A DNA stretch of 59,753 nt, filler included, from Porpidia crustulata (taxonomy: Eukaryota): NCBI GenBank assembly GCA_964255105.1. It is 10 parts of 10 records of this genome, joined end to end, with 100 filler letters (N's around TTAATTAATTAA, not from the genome) between each part and the next. Parts side by side here need not be neighbours in the genome. Positions count along the whole stretch, not along the records: positions 35,998 to 41,866 come from CAXUWE010001680.1; positions 41,967 to 47,832 come from CAXUWE010001681.1; positions 47,933 to 53,793 come from CAXUWE010001682.1; 7 more parts are not named here. One strand, written 5' to 3'. Position 1 is the stretch's first letter. Each line of letters begins with the position of its first letter. The notes under the pieces were generated by a model, which worked only from the letters and a program-made list of their open reading frames with translations, was not told where the DNA came from and did no database searches. Made by a program: the position numbers and the translations under genes. Positions 37,889 to 48,904 of this stretch are shown here, one piece after another.

Positions 37889-40800
37889 ATGGCTACCATC
37901 AAGGCTCTTGAAGGCCGGACCGTAAGCTGATCAGCTCCGTGCCTGGCGTGAAGTCACAAAAACTAACACAGCCATTCCAGGTGCATCAAATCCAGTCTGG
38001 GCAAGTCATCGTGGACTTGTGTTCCGTGGTGAAAGAGTTAGTGGAAAATAGTTTAGACGCCGGGGCGACATCAATCGGTGGGTGAAAGTACTGGAATGTG
38101 GCCCCCAACACTGTAGGCATCAACCCTGATCAAGTGGCAGATGTGCGCTTTAGAAACAATGGACTTGAAGCTATTGAAGTCCAAGACAACGGCATAGGGA
38201 TATCAAAGGAAAATCATGAGACCATTGGCAAGTATATTCCATTCTCATAGAGAAAAAAGGAGCTCATTTGGTTGGTAGCACTCAAGCACTATACCTCCAA
38301 GCTTTCGAGTTACGATGACCTCACATCTTTACAGACGTTTGGTTTCCGAGGAGAAGCTTTATCGTCTTTATGCGCACTCTCTAGCTTCCACATCGTCACC
38401 GCCCAGGCCGACGAGGCTCCCAAGGGTACCAAACTCGACTTCGAGACCTCCGGCAAGCTGAAAGATACCCAAGTGGTAGCCAGTCAGAGAGGGACTACTG
38501 TGGCTGTGGAAAACCTTTTCATAAACTTACCTGTGCGTCGAAGAGAACTTGAGAAGAACATCAAGAGAGAATATGGAAAAGTCTTGGGCGTGCTCCAGGC
38601 CTATGCTTGTATCAGTACACAGGCCAGACTCTCCGTAAGCAATGTGATGGCTAAGGGTAAGAAAGCTATCGTCTTTGCTACTAAGTCTAATCAAACAACT
38701 CGAGAAAATATTGCCAATGTATTTGGTGCAAAAGCATTAGTGGGATTAGTGATGATGGATCTTAAGTGTGAGATTCAGCCCACTAAGAGTCGGATTCAAG
38801 GATGGACTGCACAAGCAGATACAGAGTAAGTGCGGATCGCCACCCAAATCGAGCCTTATATTGAAGTTTATGGTTAGGAATAAGCAAGTCTGCGTGGTTG
38901 GGCATGTCTCACGTCCCGTCTTTGGCGAAGGTAGACAAGCACCCGATCGTCAGATGTTTTTCGTCAACTCAAGACCTTGTTCACTGCCACAAGTTGCCAA
39001 GGTGTTCAATGAAGTGTACAAGTCCTACAATCTCTCCCAGTCACCGTTTGTATTTGCGAATATAATTCTAGATACCAGTACGTATATAAATCCGAAATCA
39101 ATGTCATTGGCTGACGGACAAGATGCTTATGATGTGAATGTGTCACCGGACAAAAGAACGATTTTTCTGCACGATCAGAATACTCTCTTGGAAACGCTGA
39201 AGGTGAGATAGTATATGTAACAGCATAGACAATTCCTGACCTTTACAGACATCTCTGACCAAGCTATTCGAGAAGCAAGAGCAGACCGTTCCACAAACGC
39301 AGCGGCACCTCCCAAAGCTATCAATTAAGCAGCTTACTATACGTCGAGAGGCTTCAAGCATTGACGGAGAGGATCCCTACCAAGATGGCGAAGATATCGA
39401 GCCATTGAGAGGTGCTTCTTCTCAAGCAAGTAGCGAAGGAGATGAATCAGACACGGAGGTGCAGGCTGCGCGAGCCACGGGTCTGCTAGCAAAATTCGCG
39501 GAACGAGATACAATGGCCCGGACTAGCAAGCCTCCTACCTCTGTAACAGCGAACAATGATGGTGCGCCGACGAAAGACAAACAAAAGCTCATGAAAATAC
39601 TTGGTAAAGAAGACAAAGGTAAGTCTCAGACCAATGGATGTAACGAACGCCCCGATGCGTTGGAGGCGCAGGTACCGGCGAAGTTTCGCCCTGTGCTCGA
39701 CTTTAATGAAAGGTTGGCGGAACAGCAAGGCGCGGGTTATGAAACCCCACGAGAATCATCCAGAGTAGAAGACGAAGAGGAAATTGCCGTATCGCAACCT
39801 TCGCCGATTAAATCATCTCCTGGAGTCGTACGGGCTGCTTTTGATCGAATGCGACCCCGGCGTGATCCTGTAGAAGTAGCAACTATAACCATTGGCTCAA
39901 AGACGACAATATCACCCTTGCGGCCAATATCTACTATGAAAATGAGAACCAAAGAAGCGTCCTACGCTTCTCCTAAGGCCAGATCTGGCGCAAAAAGCTT
40001 CTCAACACAAAGGATCAGCAGAAGAATCAAGGCGTTCACTGCCCCTGGAGCACAAGCTGAAGCATCCCCCGGTGCTTCACCAGATGAGCTCGACCTGGAC
40101 GAACAGATAGATAGTGAGAGCGCCAGCGAGTCAGAAGAAGCTGAGAATGTTGAACAATCAGACTCTAGTGATGAGCAATCAGAACAGGAAGAGGCGAAAA
40201 GAGCAGTGCTAGAGACTTTGGAAGCTGAGAGCGACGAGTCGGGGTCCGACCCAGCATCAGATACCGGCTGTGAAGACAATGATGGGGACTACCTGGATGA
40301 AGAAAGTAAAAAAGCTGGAGAAGATGCCCGAGTTATCGAGTTGATACAATTAGCTGAAGATAAGTCAGCACCGGCTTCTCAACATAGGATTAAACGTGCG
40401 TCTCAATTACTCAAAGGTGGCGGGCAGAAGGACGCGACCACAAGCTTGATCCAGGTAATCCAAACGTCGTTGGAACGCATTGAGTCGCAAATGCAGTTAT
40501 TGCAGAAGGCAATACAAGATGCTTCAATGGAACAACGTCGGCAGGAGCAAACAGCTCCGTTAGCAGATGACTCCCCCGAAGCCGTTCTCTCGCTCACCGT
40601 CTCCAAAGATGACTTTTCCCGGATGCGCATAATCGGCCAATTCAATCTTGGCTTCATCCTCGCAGTCCGACCCTCGTCCAAAGCTCAATGCTTCGAGCCC
40701 AATGCTTCTTCAGATCAGCCAACCAAAACGAATATAAACTCTGGCGACGAACTTTTCATAATTGATCAACATGCCTCGGACGAGAAGATAAACTTCGAGC

Positions 40801-41348
40801 GTCTTCAACGTGTCACCACTCTCCAAAACCAGCGTCTCGTGTACCCAAAACCCCTGTCTCTTACCGCCATCGAAGAAGAAATCATCCTTGAAAATCAGCC
40901 TACTTTAGCCCACAATGGTTTCATAGTTGCCGTCGACACCTCCGGCGACAAACCCGTCGGCAGTCGCTGCAGTTTACTCTCTCTACCTATGAGCAAAGAA
41001 GTCACCTTTGATCTGTCCGACCTCGAGGAATTGATCACTTTACTTGCCGAGTCGCCCCCTATATTATCAACCTCCACCTCCACAGCAAACACTCTCGGCC
41101 AGTACATCCCTCGACCCTCAAAAACACGCCGCCTCTTCGCCATGCGCGCTTGCCGCTCAAGCATCATGATTGGCAGACCGTTGTCGCGGTTGCAGACGGA
41201 GCGGTTGGTGAGGCGTATGGGCGAGATTGAGAAACCATGGAATTGTCCACATGGGAGGCCGACGATGAGGCATGTGCTTAGCTTAGCGAATTGGGAAAGC
41301 TGGACGGAAGGAGATGGGGGTCGTCAGTCTGGACAACGGGAACGTTGA
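37889..41348 (+). CDS. PMS1: MutL-alpha mismatch repair endonuclease subunit Pms1 (PMS2 ortholog), multi-exon
   Basis: MATIKAL...VHQIQSGQVIVDLCSVVKELVENSLDAGA, GFRGEALSSL, GQFNLGFI, DQHASDEKINFE (endonuclease motif), ACRSSIMIG, PWNCPHGRPTMRH. The true C-terminus may extend to 41564. Confidence 0.95.
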
Positions 41349-41866
41349 GGCCATCAATTGGAAGGGGTTTTCGAGGAAATTAAGACACAGGAGGTAAATG
41401 AGATGGAAGGTGAGGAATACGAGACCGACGCTGATGATGATGACGACGATGACGACGAACTGGATGAGGCTAAGGACCAGCGTGAAGAGCAGAACGAGCT
41501 TTCTGAGCGAGAGCAAGATGAAGAGGATGATGATGATGTGGAGCGCGGATTTGGAGACATCTAAACTACCAATGTTGGTATAACCCAAAAATACGTGCAG
41601 TGAACAATAATACAATAAGTACCAGGAGACGCGCCGAAATCGCGTCATCAAGGCATCGAGGTACGGGTAGATAAATCCTAGCGTGTGAGACTGCTGCAGG
41701 GCCAACGGTAGCCCTTCCAGATTTACTAGGACTCGCGGCTCAAATTACCTACTCCGTAATGAACGTAGGATACGATGGGGTTTATGAGATTGCTTTTGAA
41801 CGACCACGTCTCACTTAGGAACTCCACCTTGTGAAACCACCAAAAAGCCCCATCCAAGATAACCCA

Positions 41867-41966
41867 NNNNNNNNNNNNNNNNNNNNNNNNNNNNNNNNNN
41901 NNNNNNNNNNTTAATTAATTAANNNNNNNNNNNNNNNNNNNNNNNNNNNNNNNNNNNNNNNNNNNN
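41867..41966. other. Artificial contig linker
   Basis: N44-TTAATTAATTAA-N44. Confidence 0.98.
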
Positions 41967-44900
41967 GAATACAACAGGCTGCCATTATTCCAGAATCCAC
42001 TCCAGCTTTCTAGAATGCCAGAAGCCGGCCTCGAGATATTGGGGGAAAGGATAGGGAACTGGAAGGTTCTCCTGTCCCCAAAAGTCCTCAAGAGCATCCA
42101 AAGCTTGGGTCACTCCGGTTCAGTCTTTCCTATACACCAATATCTACCAACCTAAAGTACTGACAAGTAGAATAGGGAATTTTGGACCTATCAAAGGGAA
42201 GTTGCGTGATCTGGCGTCCGGATCGTGGTCTTACCATCTCGCCGGCACTTAACAGGAAAGGAAGCGGATAAGAGTTCCTCTTGCCACCACACGATGCAAT
42301 TCGCAAATCTTCATTTTGTGGCAAATTGACGTTGCATTAGATCATACGACTCAGACCGAGAGTCAGCTGGTCAAAGTTTGGGAGATCGGCGTCAAAACGG
42401 AGGTATTGCAGTCCGTCGGTCGTATCATCCTACTTCCAGATCAATACGTGATCGACCATGTCGCGCGATGTCGTCAGAGACCACGGGAGGATGCTGACAG
42501 AAAACTCATTTCAACGCTCTTCCCTGACTGTTCTGGTACTGCAAAGCCTGGAGCGGAACGGCAAGGGCTGGACATCCGGACGGTTGATCGAGAAGTCCTC
42601 GATATGGCTAACCGTTTCTACACCCTCACTGAACCGATGATCCACTCGGTTCTGGCCAATGACCTTTTGGCAGAGTTCCCTTTTGACTTTTCTGGAGACG
42701 AAACACATGTCATTCTTCACGATGGTACTTCCAGTCTAATCTTAGGTCGGAGTGGTACAGGAAAGACAACATGTCTTGTGTTCAAGCTACTCGCAAAGTA
42801 TGCAGCCGGCTGTGCCGCCGCAGGGGAGCGATCGCCAAGGCAGTTACTTTTCACGAGATCATCTGAGCTTGCTGCTAAACTCAAAGACTACATTGGCAGG
42901 CTGATGAAAACATTGGCAGCGAACACTTTGACCAAAGCGAGCAGCAGGAGATAGAGTTTCAGTCGCCAGTTGTTGAGGATGACAATAACCATTACGACAC
43001 TATTTTGCAATTGCAAAACGACTCGTTCCCCCTTGTTTGTTCATTCGATCGCTTTCTACAACTCTTGGAGAACACTATTGAAAGTGTGAATCAGAAAGGG
43101 TTTCCTGCCACAGATCATGACGATTATGCCCTGCACAAAGAGCAATCGGACCAGTCGGATGATCACTTGAACAGAGAACATCTACAGTGACAATCATTAT
43201 TGAAGGACTCGATCACTCAATTTTTTGACTTCCAGTCTTTCAGGTTGGACTACTGGCCAAGATTCCCAGCCGCTCTCGTCAGAAACATTCCTATTGAACT
43301 TGCTTTCGCCGAGATTATGGGAGTAATCAAGGGCTCTGTATCATCTCGAAGGACGCTTGAACCTCTCTCTCGTCAAGCATACTTGAAGCTAAGTAGTAGG
43401 ATGGCCCCAAATTTCACCCTCGAAAGCGAAAAGTCCCGAGTCTATGACATATTCGAGAAGTATCACATCTTAAAGCTTCGCCGACAGGAATTAGACGGCG
43501 TAGACCGTGTGATAGAACTGATTAAAGCAGTAAGGGAAAATCAGAAACTCCAGAATTATCTTGAGGCTACGTTTGATGAGATCTACATCGATGAAGTACA
43601 AGATCTGCGATGCCTCGATATTGAGTTGCTATTAAGCATAATTAATCAAGGTCACGCATATCATTTCGCCGGAGATACTGCACAAACTATTTCGCAAGAC
43701 TCCCACTTCCGCCTTCAAGACATTAAGACACTATTCTACGACCATTTTGCCGATGCAGCCTCACGGATGAATCGGCCTGAGCTCGCGCAACCTGAGTTCT
43801 TTATGTTGCCAAAGAATTACCGCTCGCACCAAGGCATCCTCGGTCTAGCATCCCTTGTAATGGAGATGTTGTGGAACGGGTTTCCGGAGACCGTTGATAA
43901 ACTCGAGCCTGAGGTCGGACAAATTCATGGGCCGATCCCTATCTTTTTTTTGAGTTGCAACGTCCAAATGCTGGCAGCAACTGATACGCGTCCCACCGAC
44001 CAGCCTGAGAGAAGTCTTGACTTCGGTGCCGAACAAGCAATCATCGTGCGTGACCAGAGTACTAAAGCCAGACTCCAAGCGGATTTGAAGGACAAGGTTC
44101 TGGTGCTTACCGTTCTTGAAAGCAAGGGCATGGAATTTGAGGACGTCTTCTTGTGGAACTTCTTCACCGACTCTCCCTACCCTAGCGGTTGAAGGTGTGC
44201 GGATAGCTCAATGACCAAATCCGGAAACTTTGACTCTACAAAGCACGCCGGAATGTGTTCCGAGCTGAAGCAGTTTTACGTCATCATCACCAGAGCACGT
44301 ATCCACTTTTCAATCATTGAGAGCGAAGAAACCTTGGCTGCACAAGTGGCAAACCTCCTGAAGCAGAGTACGTCATCACCCTTGGTTGAAGTGACGACTT
44401 CATCCGATCCGGGTTTTCTCAAAGACCTCATCTCTTTACGATCCATATCGCATGATCCTCAAAGATGGTCTGACAGGGGGAGGGAGCTGACGCAGCGCAA
44501 GCAATATGATGATGCTGCTATATGCTTTCGCAGAGCAAAAGACGAACGCGGTGAGGCTTGTGCAACAGCATATATCTTCGAGGAGAAAGGAAGGCGCTTG
44601 AATTCGATTAAGGATGTTGAAGTAGCCCGTGGTTGCTTCCGGTCCGCTATTCAGAAGTTCCTGGAATTAGACATGGTCGCAGAAGCGGTCCGCAATCTTG
44701 AGAGAATGAAAGAGTACAAGGAAGCGGCTTGGCTGTGGGCTAAATATGGAAAGCCTGGTAAAGCAGCACCGTTGTCCGCAACATCACGCATGTTTTGTGA
44801 AGCTTCAGAACACTACCACCAAGCTCTCAGCTACGATAAGGCAGCAGATACCCTCCGGCACGGCGGTTTGGCTGAGGAGTTGGTGTTGTATGTCACAAGG

Positions 44901-47659
44901 AATCAAGAGAAGCTGAGCTTAAGCGGCTTTAAAAGTCATCGCCGTCTTTGTATCCTCCTCCTGAAACAAGGAAAGATAAGTTCTAAGCTCCTCGCACCAG
45001 CGATTAAAGTGCTCGGGTTCGCCACCGAACAAGAGCACGCTTTCATTGGGTATGAGATGCATGATCAACTTGAGGACCTCTACGTAGATCAAGGGAAGTT
45101 CAAAGAGCGCTTTTTACTCCTTTCCCGAACCGGAAAGCTTGGCCGTGCGTTGAAAGCAGTTGGCGATCTTAGTAGCTCTGATACTAGAGATCTTCAAGGT
45201 ACTATCGGAACAATCCAGAACTACTATTCTGCTGGCCCAATCGTCTGTCCACGCTTCGATGATGTAGTCGTTTCAGTTCATCTTCGATCCACGAACTCTG
45301 ACTGGATTTACGCTCAGCGATTGATCACAAGTAAACGGAGAAATCGCATCTTTGATCAGGTAAAAGCAATGAAAGACGGAGAAGTCAAAAATTTTCTTCA
45401 GCTTCACGCACTTCTCAACTTTGGACTAGTCAATCACATATCGATCCTGAATAAGATCCCGTTTGAAGCCATTGAAGCAGCTTCCAGGAAGGCCGAGATC
45501 ATTTCTTCGCAATCCGAAAGTATCAACGATTCACTCATCTTGTTGCTCACTGAAATTATGAAAGTCGATCATGAGATCAAGCCATTTGTTCTACTCCCTT
45601 GAGCTCCTTTTCACAAGTGTGCGGCGAATGTCAACATCAATGAGTATCCAAGGCTAGCAAAGCAGTGATTTCTGCATGAACTGAAACGTACCATGCTTTC
45701 GCTGAACGCAATACTAAGAAAGCTATGGAAATCCGAGTGACCAGTGAGATATACATATTTCTCAACTCAAGGATTCTGCAATCGCCACAAAGACCGCAGC
45801 TGTCTTGATCTGCACGAGAGAGTTAAAGCGTCCGATTGTAATCAAAAGATATCATCCTTGATCAAAATCAACGCCGCTTTCTGTAATCTCACAGGCATGT
45901 ATCGCAAGAAACTTATGAAAGGATATTTCCAAGAAAGATTTTCTGGGCTTAGACATTATTGGCTGAAGAGCCTTCTTGAAGAATTGATATTCGTTTTCTC
46001 GTTCGACCAATGTGCGCAGGCTATTGCCGAAGCCCAATCCAAAATTTTCGATAATAAACAGAATCCACAGCAGAACAAAAGACTATCCATCATTGCCGCC
46101 AGTATTGAAGACCTTTTGTTTCACAGGTTGGGCAACGGCTGAACGGAGAGAAACGATCTCTCTTCTTTAATTGAACAAATTAAACTCTCACAAATGCTTG
46201 ATACATCCACCTCTGTTCATCCCTTTAACGATACATCAACTGACCTGATCTAGACTATGACGTTCAGGATCGATTTGCCCGATGCCTCTCTTACAAGCTG
46301 TACAGATCTGCAGACACGCAATTTCAACGATACCAATTATGAACACTTCAAAATCTCGAGAACAACATGAAAACCGCAGATGCTCCCGCATTTCAGGAAA
46401 GCCTTCGGCAATTCATATCTCATCTTTCCCTTGTGGATATCGATCAGATTTTGTCTTTTCATGCCATGACGGCTGTCTTCGAATTTCTCACCACCTATCT
46501 GATTTTCCGCTCATGTCCTGTCGCTGTCCTCATACTGCAGTCTTGAATAAGCATTCATCTGCCCTGATTTGCTCACGTTGAGCAATCTCCGCTAAGAGAA
46601 GAACTATCTGATCGCGACATGCAAACCTATGCAAGTAGCCTACTTGAGTTGACTACACGCTACTGCCAGCTTCTGTCATACCTTGAATTGCTCCCAGATC
46701 ATGAGTTCCATTTTGATACGAGCTACTATCCATCTCGTCTTCTACATCGGCGAAACGTAGAGCTCCTTGCCCTTGTCATTGTCAATCTGGGATTTTACTA
46801 CGGCAGAATGAAGACCTTCAGAGAAGTGTGGAAAAGAGTGTCTAAGATACGTGTGATTCCTCAGGTTTATCAATGCAGCTTTTGATTAAAGTAGATCTTT
46901 TCGCTTTCTCACTTTCGGGATCTTTATCTTCGTCATGATACACTGCGCGAGCTGTTAGAGAATCTCGTCAAATCCTACGAAGCCTACAATGACAAGGACT
47001 GCCTGAAGTTCGTCAAGAAGACTGACGGCGAACATATGGCTGCGAGCATGCTACAGAAGCTCGATGTACAAACGATTTCACTAGCTGAGCTCGTTTTCAC
47101 AACTTACGCGTCTCGCGAATGCCCGCAGGCCTTATCATCAAGTGAGACTGAGGCGCAAGACTTACGTCGCTCGGAAGCAGTTCAGAAAATCCAACAATTT
47201 TGACGATCTCACCATTCGAAATTACTAGCAAGGAAAGCCTTCTTCAAGATACCCGTAGGTAGAATATACATCCGCGTCACAGAGATTTGCAAGTATAGCG
47301 CCGCATTCAAGATGATGCGCTATCTTCTCACAGACTACGGAATCGAGCTTCTCGAGAACGTTCGCAGTATGAGCAGCACAGCATTCGAGCTTCAACAGCG
47401 AGCAGTCAATCTACTCAGTAGTCTTTCACAAGGGCAATTCGAGCAAGTCGATGAGATTATACAGCGAGTAAGCAGCATCGAGGAATCGCTGGAGAATGTC
47501 GCCAAAACTATTTCTATGGATCGCCTTAAGGAAATCGCAAAAGAAGAGCTCAACGGCGCGCAGCGATTATTCCAGGATGCTGGCTTCAAGCTTGAAGGAG
47601 TAGCAAGAGGTATGCGTGAGGCTGCAAAACTGATGGAAGCTATCGAAGAAATAGATTAA
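41967..47659 (+). pseudogene. TRANK1-like UvrD/SF1 helicase-TPR gene, inactivated; 5' end beyond contig
   Basis: SF1 motifs GRSGTGKTT, IYIDEVQD, AGDTAQTI, NYRSHQGI, SKGMEF, YVIITRAR, followed by TPR-like helices (YDDAAICFRRA). Ten in-frame TGAs, one TAA (42250), frameshifts near 42928 and 46426, and two AT-for-GT splice donors. Confidence 0.85.
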
Positions 47660-47832
47660 ATGTGCGGCAGAACGACTTCTGTGACGAGAAAAGGCCTAGA
47701 GGGTAGAACTAGACCCGACAATGATTTTCGTTCATCATCCCTCACACATCATCGCTTCCAGCACCATCACCCAGCATCCCAATCTTCATCACCCCTACCC
47801 AACGACCATCCCTATTCACCATCCCTATCCCC

Positions 47833-47932
47833 NNNNNNNNNNNNNNNNNNNNNNNNNNNNNNNNNNNNNNNNNNNNTTAATTAATTAANNNNNNNNNNNN
47901 NNNNNNNNNNNNNNNNNNNNNNNNNNNNNNNN
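47833..47932. other. Artificial contig linker
   Basis: N44-TTAATTAATTAA-N44. Confidence 0.98.
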
Positions 47933-48904
47933 GCATTGGGGCTACTGATACCGGCATTTTTAGGGAGCGAAAAAAGGGGGGGGGGGTTGACTTTCAGGGT
48001 GGCAGGCTGAAAATTCAGCGGGCACTCGGTGGGCGCGAGAGATGGCAGCTGAGGGTGACGGTAGTTTAATTTCGCGGTGATTGCTGCTTGCGAGGAGCTG
48101 GGTGACTGGTTCGGCTTTATTTGATGGTTTGTTATGGATATTGGACAGGAATCCTGCGTGGAAAGGATATACCTCCGCAGTCATAATTGTGTAACTTAAC
48201 CTTGGTCTATCTCCTCTTTAATTTCCCCCAGGAGTCAAAAGTCAGCTCCCATCTGGCGAACTGATGGCATTGATGCGCTTGCCGCAGCTTCGAGTGTTGC
48301 TTGCATTGCTGATCTATACCGCTACTGAGAATGTACTATGTGCATCGACAGGTGAGCTGAGAGCAGAGGGATTATTGTATTCGTAGAACAGTAAAGGAAA
48401 ATGTTATCATAAATCGCCGAGAACCAAATGGTCGGGATTTCCAAAATCATCCCGTCGAAGAACCTGAAACTCCGGTTGGAAGCGGGGCAGTGCCAGGGAC
48501 TGCCTGGTCAGTTTAGCCATCTTCCCACGTGACCTGAGTACTCCTTGGTGACCGTGACTTCGCCGTCTGGACTACAACGTTGTCAAGATCTAGTAAACGG
48601 CGCGATTGTGTATTTCCATAGCCCGTCGGCTTGCCTTTGGTTGCTCATCAAGCTTGGTGACGCGTACGTTGCTTCATAGACGACTTGGGTGTTTTGGACT
48701 TTATTCTAGTGCAAGTATAACCGGTCACCGAAGAATACCTTGTTTGGGAAACGCTTCAACACCTGTCAACAGTACCTCATCGACAACTCGTCATACAGCG
48801 GTCGCATCGCTTGTCGCAAGAGCCATCGATGAAGAAGGACACAGGGAAAGAGATAGGAAAGCGATAACGGCCGAGTTTGGTCGCGAGAAGAAGGCGTCGG
48901 AGCC

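Noticed and set aside
43188..47203. TGA=Trp genetic code reassignment, selenocysteine or A-to-I stop editing in the helicase gene
   Set aside because: The same GG->GA change also destroys two splice donors, the locus has a TAA and frameshifts, many TGG codons remain, and TGA is a normal stop in NFS1 and the DUF1857 gene. Mutation explains it better.
48525..48534. CACGTG E-boxes (also near 9186 and 13970)
   Set aside because: Isolated hexamers are expected by chance and cannot be supported without conservation data.
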